Assembly: GCA_036679605.1 (NCBI GenBank)
Contig: JAZDCZ010000218.1
Span: 34,318 to 98,317 of the forward strand
Origin: Gemmatimonadota bacterium
GTDB lineage: Bacteria; Gemmatimonadota; Gemmatimonadetes; Gemmatimonadales; GWC2-71-9
Direction of reading: 5' to 3'
DNA: 64,000 nucleotides
Shown here: in pieces, positions 9,429 to 19,928 of the stretch
How positions within the stretch are numbered: the first letter of the stretch is position 1
Layout: the number at the start of each line of letters is the position of its first letter
Notes under the pieces: model-generated
Told to the model about the DNA's origin: nothing
Databases searched by the model: none
What the model saw: only the letters and a program-made list of their open reading frames with translations
Translations under genes and position numbers: made by a program

Positions 9429-10326
9429 TTGTATTCTCTCCTGTCTTGCTCAACCAGAGCGCAGCCAGTGCCGCTGTCACCTCAGTTCCGGTCAGGAGCA
9501 AACGCGATGCTACGCTTAGGGCAAGGGCGGCACCACTACCAATAACCGGGCTCAGCAAAGCAACGAGCACCAACTCCCGCACTCCAATCCCGCCGGGCGC
9601 GAACAGCGCCAACAATCCTACGATGTAACCTGCACCAAACACTCCGACGGCTATCAGCAACGTAAGATCGGTCGGACCGAAAAGACCTTGCGACAGAAAC
9701 CAGAACGCTGCGCCATACAATACCCAACTAAGCAGAGTTACAAACGCAGCGGCCAGCGCCGTCCCGGCCGACAGGCTTCTGAACTTCGTCGCGGGTTTGA
9801 TCAGTCGTACCGTGCGCGCTCCCAAGGGTTCCCACACCAGGACCGTCACCGCAACAATTGAGACCGTCGCGGCTGCAACGAGCTGCACGGGCGACGCTGC
9901 GGTGGGAACACCAACCGCCACTACAATAACTCCGGTCCCTACAGCGAGAGCCTGCATGGCGAGGGCCGATGCAGCCGCTGTCCAGCCCTCAATACCCCTT
10001 CGTCGAGCTAACATCACCAACGCGGCAACAGCCCACAGCTTTCCCGGCAAGTATCTGCCGAGGTTAGACAGACACCATATGCGCACTGCCGAGGCGTACC
10101 CGAGCGACTGGCCCCAACCGAGTAGCACCTGTCTCCAAGCCTGGATCAAGAGACCGTACGTCAACCACACTGTAACGGCCGCTAGCCCAATCCAGCCTGG
10201 CTTGGGATGAATCGAAAGATCTAGAGCACTGAACTGCGTCCAGTTCTGAGCAACCGATTTGCCCACTACTCCAACCAGCACGGCTCCCAACAGCACCTGC
10301 CCGACAACCAACACAATCTTACGCAA
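9412..10326 (-). CDS. Lysylphosphatidylglycerol-synthase TM domain / flippase-like protein
   Basis: SNLGRYLPGK and APGGIGVRE motifs, multiple TM helices; TTG start overlapping upstream GT4 end chosen (start uncertain). Confidence 0.8.
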   Translation of the reverse strand: MRKIVLVVGQVLLGAVLVGVVGKSVAQNWTQFSALDLSIHPKPGWIGLAAVTVWLTYGLLIQAWRQVLLGWGQSLGYASAVRIWCLSNLGRYLPGKLWAVAALVMLARRRGIEGWTAAASALAMQALAVGTGVIVVAVGVPTAASPVQLVAAATVSIVAVTVLVWEPLGARTVRLIKPATKFRSLSAGTALAAAFVTLLSWVLYGAAFWFLSQGLFGPTDLTLLIAVGVFGAGYIVGLLALFAPGGIGVRELVLVALLSPVIGSGAALALSVASRLLLTGTEVTAALAALWLSKTGENTIVESA

Positions 10327-11503
10327 CCTCGGTGGTCCCTCCACCCAAGACCCCTGCATATACGTCTTCGAATACTTGAGCCACACGATCTGGATCGAGA
10401 AGTGCTTTGAGCCGTCGCCCTCTCTCTGCGGCGAGTTCTCGCGATGTGGGATCAACCGTGAGCTCCGTTATCGCCCGGGCCAGCTCCGTCACGCTATCCC
10501 TTTCGACCAATCTGCCAGCCCCATCCGGAGGCACGATATCCAGGACCCCACCCCCCTCCCTACTGGCTACTACCGGAACCCCTAGCATAAACGCCTCCGC
10601 AGCCGCTAGCCCCAATCCTTCGCGTATGGCAGGGAACACAAACACATCGGCATCCCCTATTGTAGCAGGAATGCTTTCCGGTTCAACACTACCAACGAAT
10701 TCGGTGGTGTCACCGATTCCCAAATCTCGAGCCTGCTGTTCTAGCGTGCTTCGGTCGGGACCGTCACCCACAACCTTCAGTTGGAACGATCGGCCGCCTC
10801 GACGCAATAGAGCCACGGCCTCCAAGACGCGATCGATTCTCTTTTGGGCAACGAGTCGCCCGACAGTTACGACACCACCACCGCCACTGCTCTTATGTTC
10901 AAACCGTCCGCTCTCCACCGGCATCGGTTGGATAACAATGGTTCGCCTATCTATGCCACAGGTTTGCGCTACTCGATCTGCCAAATACGACGATACCGCC
11001 GTCAACCTGGTGGCTCGCCGTAGTACCAACCGAGCGATCCTCCGCGCCACTTCTGACCGCTCCAAGACGGCGACGTCCGTGCCATGAAGTGTGACGACAT
11101 ACGGTGCCCCCGATACGCTGCTCGAGAGCCATGCTGCGACGCCATTCGGCACCCACCAATGGGCGTGCACGACGCTCCCGGGCGAACGTCTTACCATGTC
11201 TATGATCGCTGCAGATTGTGCTAGAACCAAACCGGCCACCATCCCCATACCCCCAATCGAGCCAGCCGCTTCCAGCATTCTCCCTGTATACGCGATAGTC
11301 TCTCGCCGGGCAGGTCCGTAGCGGACGCGTTTGATTATCGCGTCCCTTCGCACAGCGGTTCCCCCTCTTCCACGATCGGCGGGGACAATAACAGAAATCG
11401 CATGTGAGCGCCTTTGGAGAGCTACGGTTAGTCGCTCAATGAACGCGCCCGCCACGTCCCCGTCCCACCGCGGAAAGGAATGGGTAACGTTGATAATGTG
11501 CAC
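10319..11503 (-). CDS. Glycosyltransferase family 4
   Basis: HAHWW, TLHGTD, VGRLVAQKR, EGLGLAAAEA motif. Confidence 0.92.
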   Translation of the reverse strand: MHIINVTHSFPRWDGDVAGAFIERLTVALQRRSHAISVIVPADRGRGGTAVRRDAIIKRVRYGPARRETIAYTGRMLEAAGSIGGMGMVAGLVLAQSAAIIDMVRRSPGSVVHAHWWVPNGVAAWLSSSVSGAPYVVTLHGTDVAVLERSEVARRIARLVLRRATRLTAVSSYLADRVAQTCGIDRRTIVIQPMPVESGRFEHKSSGGGGVVTVGRLVAQKRIDRVLEAVALLRRGGRSFQLKVVGDGPDRSTLEQQARDLGIGDTTEFVGSVEPESIPATIGDADVFVFPAIREGLGLAAAEAFMLGVPVVASREGGGVLDIVPPDGAGRLVERDSVTELARAITELTVDPTSRELAAERGRRLKALLDPDRVAQVFEDVYAGVLGGGTTEVA

Positions 11504-11509
11504 TGGGAA

Positions 11510-12481
11510 CTAGTTGTTGAGGTGGCGCCCAAGATCAGATCCAACTCGATCGACCGATCGGCTGAGCGACCTCAGTTCCTCTCGTTGCCCTGCAAGGAGT
11601 TCGCCTATGAAACCGAATCCGAACAGCACAATTCCCGAAATCACAAGCATCAACACGAGTGACAGCAGTGGTCTCAGGCCCACCCCGAACCCAAAGCGCA
11701 GCACTATGGCGACCACGCCCACGATAAACCCAAGAAGGAAAAGCACTCCTCCCCAAAGCCCGAAGAACAACAACGGCTTCCTACCGAAGCGCAGTTGGAA
11801 CCACACCGAAAGTAGATCAAGCACGCCAACCGGAATGCGCCCGATACCAAATTTCGAGCGCCCTGCCCGCCGTGGATATAGCGTCACGGGCCGCTCGGCA
11901 AGTCTAAACCCTTCTGCTGCAGCAATCACTACCATGAACCGATGCCAGTCCGGTCTCGGTGGGACGACGTCCATCACCTCACGGCGATATGCTTTGACGG
12001 CATTCAAGTCGGTAACTCGAACTCCGAACAACAAACGGCACATACGGTTGTAGACGCCCGAGACCAGGGCTTTTTCATACTTCCCCTGCTTTGTGCCGGT
12101 TACAACATCTGCTTCCCCCGCCAGTATCGGGTCGACCAACGACGGGATCTCGTTAGGCAAGAACTGCAGATCGGCTGGGTAGAACACGAATATTCGTCCG
12201 GTGGCAGCATCGCCCGCAGATTTCAGAGAATCCGCAATTCCCCGCCTAACACGGTGAGCTACGACCTTGAGAAACGGATGTCTCTCTTGAAGATCTCGCA
12301 GCACTTCGGCCGTGGTGTCGTCACTGCCGTCGTCTACCACCACCACTTCACACGAATACGACACTCCTCCGAGTGTCTCCGCACAGAGATTCACGAACTC
12401 GGGAAGGTTCTCCGCTTCATTCATGGCGGGAACCAAAACGCTCACTTCTACTGGATCGTCAGGCGAACTGACGAGCGTCAT
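11510..12481 (-). CDS. Glycosyltransferase family 2 with two C-terminal TM helices (ArnC/GtrB-like)
   Basis: PAMNEAENL, VVDDGSDD, ADLQ, HRF, C-terminal FG.KPL..FG hydrophobic pair. Confidence 0.88.
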   Translation of the reverse strand: MTLVSSPDDPVEVSVLVPAMNEAENLPEFVNLCAETLGGVSYSCEVVVVDDGSDDTTAEVLRDLQERHPFLKVVAHRVRRGIADSLKSAGDAATGRIFVFYPADLQFLPNEIPSLVDPILAGEADVVTGTKQGKYEKALVSGVYNRMCRLLFGVRVTDLNAVKAYRREVMDVVPPRPDWHRFMVVIAAAEGFRLAERPVTLYPRRAGRSKFGIGRIPVGVLDLLSVWFQLRFGRKPLLFFGLWGGVLFLLGFIVGVVAIVLRFGFGVGLRPLLSLVLMLVISGIVLFGFGFIGELLAGQREELRSLSRSVDRVGSDLGRHLNN

Positions 12482-13938
12482 ACGCGCTTGCGCATCCGCG
12501 CGGGAAGGATATTTAGTTGATCGCGGTACTTTGCGACCGTGCGACGTGCTATCTGTACGCCCTGGTGCTTTAGCGCCTTGACTATCGCTGAATCCGTGAG
12601 CGGCACTGTTTGATCTTCATCCAACACCAGCTTCTGGATCTGAGCCTTTACAGCGCGCGAACTTGCATCTTCTCCGGTGGTCGTGCCCAAGCTGCTCGAG
12701 AAGAAAAACTTTAGCGGGAACACTCCGCGTGGAGTCTGTACATATTTCTGACTCGTTACTCGACTAACCGTAGACTCATGCATCTCTATTACATCAGCTA
12801 CTTCTCTAAGAGTTAGTGGCCGCAATTGCTCGACACCCTTATCAAAAAAGGCTCGCTGTTTGTCCACTATGAAATTCATGACCTTCAACATTGTCTGGCG
12901 GCGTTGCTCAATGGCCTGGACAAGCCAACTCGCGCTGTTGAGCTTGTTGGTGATAAACTCGCGATTCTCCCCCACAAATTTTTTCTTATCTGCCGCGATT
13001 TCCCGGTACGTCTGGCTAATCCTAAGCCGAGGTACACCTCCATCGTTGAGAAACACGCGATATTGCCCGTCGATCTCTTGGATTGTGAGATCTGGAACTA
13101 CGTAGGTGTCGCCTGAACTCACGAACCGCAATCCCGGTTTGGGATCGAGCCGTGCCAACTCATCTGCTGCATCTTGTACCGCTTTGGGATCCAGTGTGTA
13201 GCGTTTAGCGAGTTCACTCCACCTGTGACCAATCAGGTCCTCGAACGCCTCATCAACAAGCTTATGTGTGAGGGATTCGGTGTCACCCATATCCCGCAGC
13301 TGGAGCAGCAGGCACTCGCGGAGATCACGTGCACCCACCCCAGGCGGATCAAGTGACTGGACTATCGTCAGCAACTCTTCTGCCTCCTCAAGCGTGACTG
13401 GCAGTGAAGAGGCATGGTCACCATCACCATTTAACGCGACGTACTCTCTTATGGCATTGTTTGCGCTTTGGACTATTTCCTCGAGTGTACCACTGAGATA
13501 GCCGTCGTCACCTATGTTCCCGATGAAGTGGTCACTCAAGAAGAGCTGGCGGGGAGTTATATCCAGCAATTCCAGCTGCTCACGGAGGTGATCGGACAGG
13601 TCGCGGGTTTCTACCGGGGTCCTCTCGTAAAATTCATATTCCTCGTGCTCAGCGCGAGCTCCGCCAGTGTCAAAGCCATCTAGTAGTATGTCCTCCCAGT
13701 TGACCTCGTCGTCCTTCTCCGCCTCTGCCTTCTCAGCCTCTTTGTCGGATGTCTGTTCCTCCTCCTCTATCTCGTCAGCTTCCTGCATCTCGAGAAACGG
13801 ATTGGTCAGAAGCTCCTCTTTGAGATGCTGCTGTAATTCCATCAAAGGCATGTACAGGAGATCCATCGCCTGATAAAGGCGCGGATTCATCCTCAGTTCC
13901 TGCTTGAGGCCCATGCTCTGCTGCATCGACACCTTCAT
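12478..13938 (-). CDS. rpoN: RNA polymerase sigma-54 factor
   Basis: RpoN box ARRTVAKYR, HESTVSR, PPGVGARDLRECL. Confidence 0.98.
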   Translation of the reverse strand: MKVSMQQSMGLKQELRMNPRLYQAMDLLYMPLMELQQHLKEELLTNPFLEMQEADEIEEEEQTSDKEAEKAEAEKDDEVNWEDILLDGFDTGGARAEHEEYEFYERTPVETRDLSDHLREQLELLDITPRQLFLSDHFIGNIGDDGYLSGTLEEIVQSANNAIREYVALNGDGDHASSLPVTLEEAEELLTIVQSLDPPGVGARDLRECLLLQLRDMGDTESLTHKLVDEAFEDLIGHRWSELAKRYTLDPKAVQDAADELARLDPKPGLRFVSSGDTYVVPDLTIQEIDGQYRVFLNDGGVPRLRISQTYREIAADKKKFVGENREFITNKLNSASWLVQAIEQRRQTMLKVMNFIVDKQRAFFDKGVEQLRPLTLREVADVIEMHESTVSRVTSQKYVQTPRGVFPLKFFFSSSLGTTTGEDASSRAVKAQIQKLVLDEDQTVPLTDSAIVKALKHQGVQIARRTVAKYRDQLNILPARMRKRV

Positions 13939-15116
13939 GCAGCCGTCCCCAATCTCTCTCTTAGGCGAGTGGTCAATGTTGGTCCCAGGTACAGGTCAGC
14001 AACACGATCATCGAACACAAGTTCGCGCACGGTGCCCGAAACCTGCACCTTCCCCTCGAACATAATGTACGCCCGGTCTACGATATCAAACGTTTGCTCC
14101 ACGTTGTGATCCGTTATTAGAACGCCGATGCCGCGATGCCGGAGTCCAGCCACTATGGCCTGGATATCATTGACAGCGATAGGATCCACTCCCGCAAAAG
14201 GTTCATCCAAGAGCATGAACTTGGGAGATGTCACAAGCGCACGAGTGATTTCCAGACGGCGCCGTTCCCCGCCGGACAACTTATAGGCCGGCACATCACG
14301 CAGATACTTGATCGACAACTCGTCTAGCAAATGCTGTAGTCTCTCGTCTTGCTCCTCGTTCGACAGCGACTGTGTCTCCAGGATCGCCTTTACGTTATCC
14401 TCTACAGTCAGTTTTCGGAAGATAGAAGGTTCCTGAGCCAGGTACCCTACACCCCTCCGAGCACGCTTGTACATCGGCAACCTGGAGATATCGGTCCCGT
14501 CGATCGAGATGCTACCCGCGTCCGGGCGCTCCAGACCGACGATCATATAGAATGTAGTGGTCTTCCCCGCCCCGTTCGGACCCAACAGCCCCACGATCTC
14601 ACCCTGGGACAAGTCGATATCGACGTTATCCACCACTCGCCGCCGCTTGTAAGCTTTCGTCAGTCCCCTTGCAGACAGGGTACTTCCCCAATCCGCTGCC
14701 GTACGTACTGGCGGCGTTTCGGCCTCCCTAAGCGCCGCCAGCGCGATCGCAGTCAGACTGTCATGCACCTCGGATCCCGACTCGTTCAGCAATGCCATTG
14801 TCCCTTCATCCACCCGGATCACAGACTCGTCGACCAACGAGTCTCCCTCATACTGTATAATCTCCACCGCCAGCAAGCGAGGCATGACCGACGACCTGAG
14901 ATGCTCCCGGACCTCGTCCAAGGAGAGCGTACCTCGTTGCCGGGTTGCCTCTCCTCGGTCGAGTCTGAGCAACTCCAGATACTCGCGACGATACGCCACC
15001 GTTAGCTCGTCAAACCGGGCAGTCCCGCTCCGGTCCGCCACTTGGACCAGCCCGGCGACAGCCAGTGCAAGTGAAGGGTCACGGCCAGCCAGTCGATCTC
15101 TTAGTTGCTCAATCAT
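13935..15116 (-). CDS. lptB: LPS export ABC ATPase LptB with about 140-aa N-terminal extension
   Basis: GLLGPNGAGKTT, YLAQEPSIFRKLTV, LSGGERRRLEI, LDEPFAGVDP, ITDHNV; lies upstream of rpoN. Confidence 0.95.
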   Translation of the reverse strand: MIEQLRDRLAGRDPSLALAVAGLVQVADRSGTARFDELTVAYRREYLELLRLDRGEATRQRGTLSLDEVREHLRSSVMPRLLAVEIIQYEGDSLVDESVIRVDEGTMALLNESGSEVHDSLTAIALAALREAETPPVRTAADWGSTLSARGLTKAYKRRRVVDNVDIDLSQGEIVGLLGPNGAGKTTTFYMIVGLERPDAGSISIDGTDISRLPMYKRARRGVGYLAQEPSIFRKLTVEDNVKAILETQSLSNEEQDERLQHLLDELSIKYLRDVPAYKLSGGERRRLEITRALVTSPKFMLLDEPFAGVDPIAVNDIQAIVAGLRHRGIGVLITDHNVEQTFDIVDRAYIMFEGKVQVSGTVRELVFDDRVADLYLGPTLTTRLRERLGTAA

Positions 15117-16372
15117 TGAGGTTTTCGCAGCGGCTCGAGATAAATCCCGTCAGCCTTGCCCGTAACATCAATGCGTTCCATAGCCTCGTTCTTGAAATGT
15201 GCTGTAATCCGCAATCCTCTGGAGTAGTTCAGAGCAGCCTCAGTGCCCCAGCGAAGCGGGTCAAATATGCGGTAGAAAGCCTGAGCATTGCCGATCGCCA
15301 ACAGCTGCGAAATAGCGCGCGTGCCAATCTCCGTTTCGGCGAATGTAGCGATCACCGTATCACCCGCCATCCAGTCAGAGCGCGAGTCCAGCGAGTCGAT
15401 CCGGGATGTCGCCTTGGCCGTCCCAAACGATCGCACTTCCGTCATTTGTTGGTCTGGAGAGTCGATGGCAACCGAATCACCCGTGATCGTGTAGGCAGTC
15501 GACATGGCAGTTGGTCGTATCGAATCTCCCCAGGCTATCCCACCCTGAACCAGATCGTTTGCGATATCGAACTGCAATGTGTCGCCCACCATTCTCCACT
15601 CGCTGCTGGTTGCGTCTGCCATACCCTCTGATTGGATCCAGGTCAACTCGTTGTCCGTGAGGCGATACAGTATTCTCCGACCGTGCAGCGTGTAGCTCGG
15701 TGAGCCTCTCCCACCTGCCTCCGCGTGACCAAGCAACGCGCCCTCACCCGCATCGAGATCGAGCGTAGCGGTATCACTCTTCGCAACGAAGTCACTTCGA
15801 TCGATGGTAACGGCCCCTGCCGCCCATGCATCAGTGTCGCCTACAAGACGCACTTCCTGACCCCGAATAACATAAGGCTCGGTCTCGTCGAGCGTAGCTT
15901 TGTACTTCACCGTCGGACGGCGGTTTGCATATAATTCAGCAGTGTCTCTAACGCCGGCCACTGCCCTCCAATACAGCAAGTGTGGTCCCGTAAGCTCCGT
16001 ACCGGTGCGTCGGTTCTCGAGCCTCACGTTATCGAAGGCCTCGATTTGATCGTCAGATTCCTTGTAAAACGCGCGATCGGCAGTGAGGATGACCGTCGTA
16101 TCAATGAAGGTGACGTTGCCTACAAAATCCATGCGCCGAAACTCGGTGTATCTTGCAGCACTGTCGGCACTCATGGTCGTTTCCTGTCCGATGCAACGGG
16201 CCCTCACATTGCCGGCGAAGAACTGATGGATCCGCCCGCCACTCAATTCCTGCTGAGTCACTCGGTCCGCCCCGACCAGTTCAATTTGGCAGTTCGCGGG
16301 CCCTTGCGCCGTAGCCGGAGCAACAATGCCTCCGGCAGTCAAGGACACAACGAACAAAGACCTTCGGATCAC
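15113..16372 (-). CDS. OstA/LptA-like periplasmic beta-jellyroll protein
   Basis: Signal peptide, repeated beta-rich ADSA/GNV/GDT motifs, position between lptC and lptB. Confidence 0.75.
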   Translation of the reverse strand: MIRRSLFVVSLTAGGIVAPATAQGPANCQIELVGADRVTQQELSGGRIHQFFAGNVRARCIGQETTMSADSAARYTEFRRMDFVGNVTFIDTTVILTADRAFYKESDDQIEAFDNVRLENRRTGTELTGPHLLYWRAVAGVRDTAELYANRRPTVKYKATLDETEPYVIRGQEVRLVGDTDAWAAGAVTIDRSDFVAKSDTATLDLDAGEGALLGHAEAGGRGSPSYTLHGRRILYRLTDNELTWIQSEGMADATSSEWRMVGDTLQFDIANDLVQGGIAWGDSIRPTAMSTAYTITGDSVAIDSPDQQMTEVRSFGTAKATSRIDSLDSRSDWMAGDTVIATFAETEIGTRAISQLLAIGNAQAFYRIFDPLRWGTEAALNYSRGLRITAHFKNEAMERIDVTGKADGIYLEPLRKPQ

Positions 16373-16914
16373 CTTGTCCCTCTAGTTTCTACGTTAGTCC
16401 GACCCCGCCGCGCTTTGGTCGCCGTGACGTTGCGAAAATCGGGATCAGCAGTAAAACTTTCACCTTCCAGGTGTCTACCAGGTGCATCGAACACAAAGTC
16501 GCAGGGCCCTGTGATTTGGTCGGTACTCTTGTTGTAGACAAGCTCGCAGGTCGTGAGCCTGCGCCCGTCGGGCGTCCATCCTACCACTTCATCTCGAGCT
16601 TCCATGTCACCCGTGCGCCAGCGATAGGTGCCTCGCCGAGAGGTCAGCGTAGATCGGAGCACACCGTGGTCCGAGCGAAATTCTACCCTGACTTCGTAGA
16701 GTTCCCATTCTTCCCTGCTCTCGTAGTGCAACGCCGAATCCGCCATGATTTCCGCTTGCTCGACACCGTCCACCGTAATGAAGTTAGCAAATCCATATGC
16801 TACAGCATCAACGGAGTCGGGAATCACAGACGAGATAGGAGGCTGGCCCGAATCCGAGCACCCACCTAGAAGGCCCGCGTAGATGGCCACGAAAAAGGCC
16901 CATTCTCTAGGCAC
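16369..16914 (-). CDS. lptC: LPS export protein LptC (putative lipoprotein)
   Basis: Lipobox-like LLGGC, ADSA..Y, beta-rich; position after kdsC. Confidence 0.8.
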   Translation of the reverse strand: MPREWAFFVAIYAGLLGGCSDSGQPPISSVIPDSVDAVAYGFANFITVDGVEQAEIMADSALHYESREEWELYEVRVEFRSDHGVLRSTLTSRRGTYRWRTGDMEARDEVVGWTPDGRRLTTCELVYNKSTDQITGPCDFVFDAPGRHLEGESFTADPDFRNVTATKARRGRTNVETRGTR

Positions 16915-17476
16915 GACTCAACCTCTGCAGGGTCTCTCCGCAACCGGCGAGATACTGGCCCACCATATCGTCCCACTGCCCGCGAGCCCTCAACAAGACT
17001 TCGGCAAACTCTCGCACGGCACCGTGTCCTCCCGCAGCACTCGTTACGATGGTCGCGACTTCACGAACCTCCGCCACCGCGTTCTGGACGGCCACTGGGA
17101 GTCCAACTCTTCTCAACAACGGCAGGTCCGCCAAATCGTCTCCTAGGAACGCAACTTCGTCCATTCGGAGGTTCTTGTTGGTCAGAAGTGCTTCGAACGG
17201 CGCAAGCTTCCGGGCACCAGGGTCCTGTATTACGACCTGGATTCCCAGCTCCTCCGCCCTTATCTCGGTAGCCTCGGACACCCGGCCACTCACGATCGCA
17301 ACTTCGACCCCCGCTGCCTTCAATAGCTTGATTCCGATGCTATCTTGGGTATCAAAACGTTTGAGTTCTATCGGACCATCCGGCCCTTCCCCGACGTAGA
17401 TCCCTCCATCGGTCATTACACCGTCCACATCCAGGCCGACAAGGTGGATCTTCTTGGCCACTATCGGCTGGAGCAC
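16907..17476 (-). CDS. kdsC: KDO 8-phosphate phosphatase (HAD)
   Basis: LDVDGVMTDG, GDDLADL, GGHGAVRE. Confidence 0.93.
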   Translation of the reverse strand: MLQPIVAKKIHLVGLDVDGVMTDGGIYVGEGPDGPIELKRFDTQDSIGIKLLKAAGVEVAIVSGRVSEATEIRAEELGIQVVIQDPGARKLAPFEALLTNKNLRMDEVAFLGDDLADLPLLRRVGLPVAVQNAVAEVREVATIVTSAAGGHGAVREFAEVLLRARGQWDDMVGQYLAGCGETLQRLSRA

Positions 17477-18285
17477 TCGACCACCTCCCTACGGGCGCTA
17501 CGCCAGATTGCGGTTGCTCGCTCCACCAAATCAGCTAGCCTTTCGAGTGGCCACATTGTTGCGGCGTCGCTCGGGGCTGCCTCGGGCCGTACGTGTGTCT
17601 CGATGAAGAAACCGTCGGCCCCGGCTGCAGCCGCAGCACACAAAAGGGCCGGCACATGCTCGCGCTGCCCTCCGCTGCTTCCGCCTCGACCCGCACCCGG
17701 TTGCTGCACCGAGTGAGTAGCATCGAAGAAAACCGAGCAGCCTGTTGCCGATTTGATCCGAGAAAAACTCCGCATATCAACTACGAGATCACCGTAGCCA
17801 AAAAAGACTCCTCGCTCGGTCACAACTATCTCCCGGCCGCCTGCGCGCCTCACCTTCTCAACGGCCCCCCTCATCGCCTCAGGCGCCATCCACTGACCGC
17901 GCTTGATATTCACGGGAAGGCCCGATTTCCCTGCCGCCTCGAGCAAGTCGGTCTGTCTACACAGAAATGCCGGTATCTGGAGGGCATCGACAACCTCGGC
18001 GACTGCGTTCACCTGCTGCGCCTCATGCACGTCCGTCAGTACCGGCAGCCCGGTCTCCTTCTGAACCCTTGCCAAGGCTGTCAGGCCCGCATCAATACCG
18101 GGGCCCCTGTGTCCATCGGGGACGGATCGATTGGCCTTGTCAAAACTTCCTTTGAATATGACTCTGAGATCGAGTTGGGCGGACAGATCAGCCAGTCCGG
18201 CGGCAACCTCCAAGTTGAGTTCGTCGCTCTCGAGCACGCAAGGCCCCGCAAGCAGCACCGGGACTGGAGACCAGAACCCTTCCAT
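17461..18285 (-). CDS. kdsA: KDO 8-phosphate synthase
   Basis: AGPCVLES, FKGSFDKANRS, QIPAFLCRQTDL, DATHSVQQPG. Confidence 0.97.
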   Translation of the reverse strand: MEGFWSPVPVLLAGPCVLESDELNLEVAAGLADLSAQLDLRVIFKGSFDKANRSVPDGHRGPGIDAGLTALARVQKETGLPVLTDVHEAQQVNAVAEVVDALQIPAFLCRQTDLLEAAGKSGLPVNIKRGQWMAPEAMRGAVEKVRRAGGREIVVTERGVFFGYGDLVVDMRSFSRIKSATGCSVFFDATHSVQQPGAGRGGSSGGQREHVPALLCAAAAAGADGFFIETHVRPEAAPSDAATMWPLERLADLVERATAIWRSARREVVECSSR

Positions 18286-18287
18286 TC

Positions 18288-19928
18288 CTACACCCGAGTC
18301 TCCGTCAACGGAGTCTCAGCCGCACGAGCGAGCTTAGATGTGCGGGCCGCCTTAACGAAACCAGCAAACAGAGGATGTGGCCGCATAGGACGGGACTTCA
18401 ATTCAGGATGGAACTGACACCCCACAAACCATGGATGCGCCGGTAGTTCTATCACCTCGACTAGCGACCCGTCTGGAGACACTCCCGAACAGTGCATCCC
18501 GTATTCACGCAATACCTCGCGATAACTATTGTTAACCTCGTAGCGGTGCCGGTGACGTTCACTCACTTCATCCGCTCCGTATATTTGCGCAGCACGGGAT
18601 CCGGCAGCGAGTTTGCATGGATACGCACCGAGTCGCATAGTCCCGCCAAGATCGGCCACGTCCCGCTGAGACTCCATGAGTGCGATTACCGGATTTTCGC
18701 ATTCGGCCTCAAACTCACTGGAGTTAGCTTCGGAAAGTTTGCACATGTTGCGCGCGAACTCAATGATCGCTGTCTGTAGACCGAGACAGATGCCGAGGAA
18801 CGGAAGGCCATTCTCTCTTGCCCACCGCACCGCCTCCACCATTCCCTCAACACCGCGCTCTCCAAAGCCCCCCGGCACCAGCAGAGCGTCGTAACCCGAG
18901 AGCAGCTCGCCAGCCACCTCCAGATTCACGAACCTATCGCTAGCCACCCACTCTAGCGTCACTCCCACATCGTTTGCGATACCTCCATGCACCAATGCCT
19001 CGCGAATCGAGGTGTAGGCATCACCAAGCGTAGTGTATTTGCCGACGACTGCGATCCGCACATGTTGCGACGGCTGCAGCACCTTTTGAACCATTGCCCG
19101 CCACGGTCGCAGATCAGGTTCCTTTGTGTCGAGCTGCAGACGTCGGCATACCTCTCGGTCCAATCCCTGGTCGTGCAGATGAAGGGGGACGGCGTAGATC
19201 GACGGTACGTCGCGGTTCTCTATGACGCACCCGAAATCGATGTTGCAAAACAATGAAATCTTCCGGCGGATTTCCTCCGTCAGATCGTGCTCCGCTCTAC
19301 AGATTAGAATGTCGGGCTGAATTCCGATCTCCATGAGTTCTCGCACCGAGTGCTGCGTGGGTTTGGTTTTGAGTTCGCCCGCCGCAGCAATGTATGGCAC
19401 GAGGGTCAGATGAATGAACAGGGAGTTGTCGCGACCAACCTCTTGTCTAAACTGTCTGAGAGCTTCTAAGAAGGGCAGCGATTCGATGTCACCTACCGTA
19501 CCACCGATCTCGATGATGACTACGTCCGTGTCCGGTGCCACCCTACGTATGGCGGTCTTTATCTCGTCTGTAATGTGCGGTACGACCTGCACCGTGCCAC
19601 CCAAATACTCTCCCCTGCGCTCCTTCGTGATGACGTTGAGATAGATCCTCCCCGTCGTAATGTTGTTGACCTGCCCGAGGGATCTATCGGTAAAACGCTC
19701 GTAATGGCCCAGGTCAAGATCCGTTTCGGCCCCGTCGTCGGTCACGTACACCTCTCCGTGCTGAAACGGTGACATGGTGCCTGGATCAACATTTATGTAC
19801 GGGTCGAATTTCTGGATCGTCACTCTTAACCCCCGCTCCGCAAGCAGCCGCCCGAGCGATGCTGCTGCTATTCCCTTCCCCAACGAAGAAACAACCCCAC
19901 CCGAAACGAAGACATATTTTGTGCTCAT
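18288..19928 (-). CDS. pyrG: CTP synthase
   Basis: [33 protein letters not shown]. Confidence 0.99.
   Translation of the reverse strand: MSTKYVFVSGGVVSSLGKGIAAASLGRLLAERGLRVTIQKFDPYINVDPGTMSPFQHGEVYVTDDGAETDLDLGHYERFTDRSLGQVNNITTGRIYLNVITKERRGEYLGGTVQVVPHITDEIKTAIRRVAPDTDVVIIEIGGTVGDIESLPFLEALRQFRQEVGRDNSLFIHLTLVPYIAAAGELKTKPTQHSVRELMEIGIQPDILICRAEHDLTEEIRRKISLFCNIDFGCVIENRDVPSIYAVPLHLHDQGLDREVCRRLQLDTKEPDLRPWRAMVQKVLQPSQHVRIAVVGKYTTLGDAYTSIREALVHGGIANDVGVTLEWVASDRFVNLEVAGELLSGYDALLVPGGFGERGVEGMVEAVRWARENGLPFLGICLGLQTAIIEFARNMCKLSEANSSEFEAECENPVIALMESQRDVADLGGTMRLGAYPCKLAAGSRAAQIYGADEVSERHRHRYEVNNSYREVLREYGMHCSGVSPDGSLVEVIELPAHPWFVGCQFHPELKSRPMRPHPLFAGFVKAARTSKLARAAETPLTETRV

Noticed and set aside
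10407..11087. 226-aa + strand ORF (and similar Ser/Thr/Pro-rich antisense ORFs throughout)
   Set aside because: Typical reverse-frame artefacts of GC-rich coding DNA
17593..18417. 274-aa + strand ORF
   Set aside because: Antisense shadow of kdsA with no recognisable motifs
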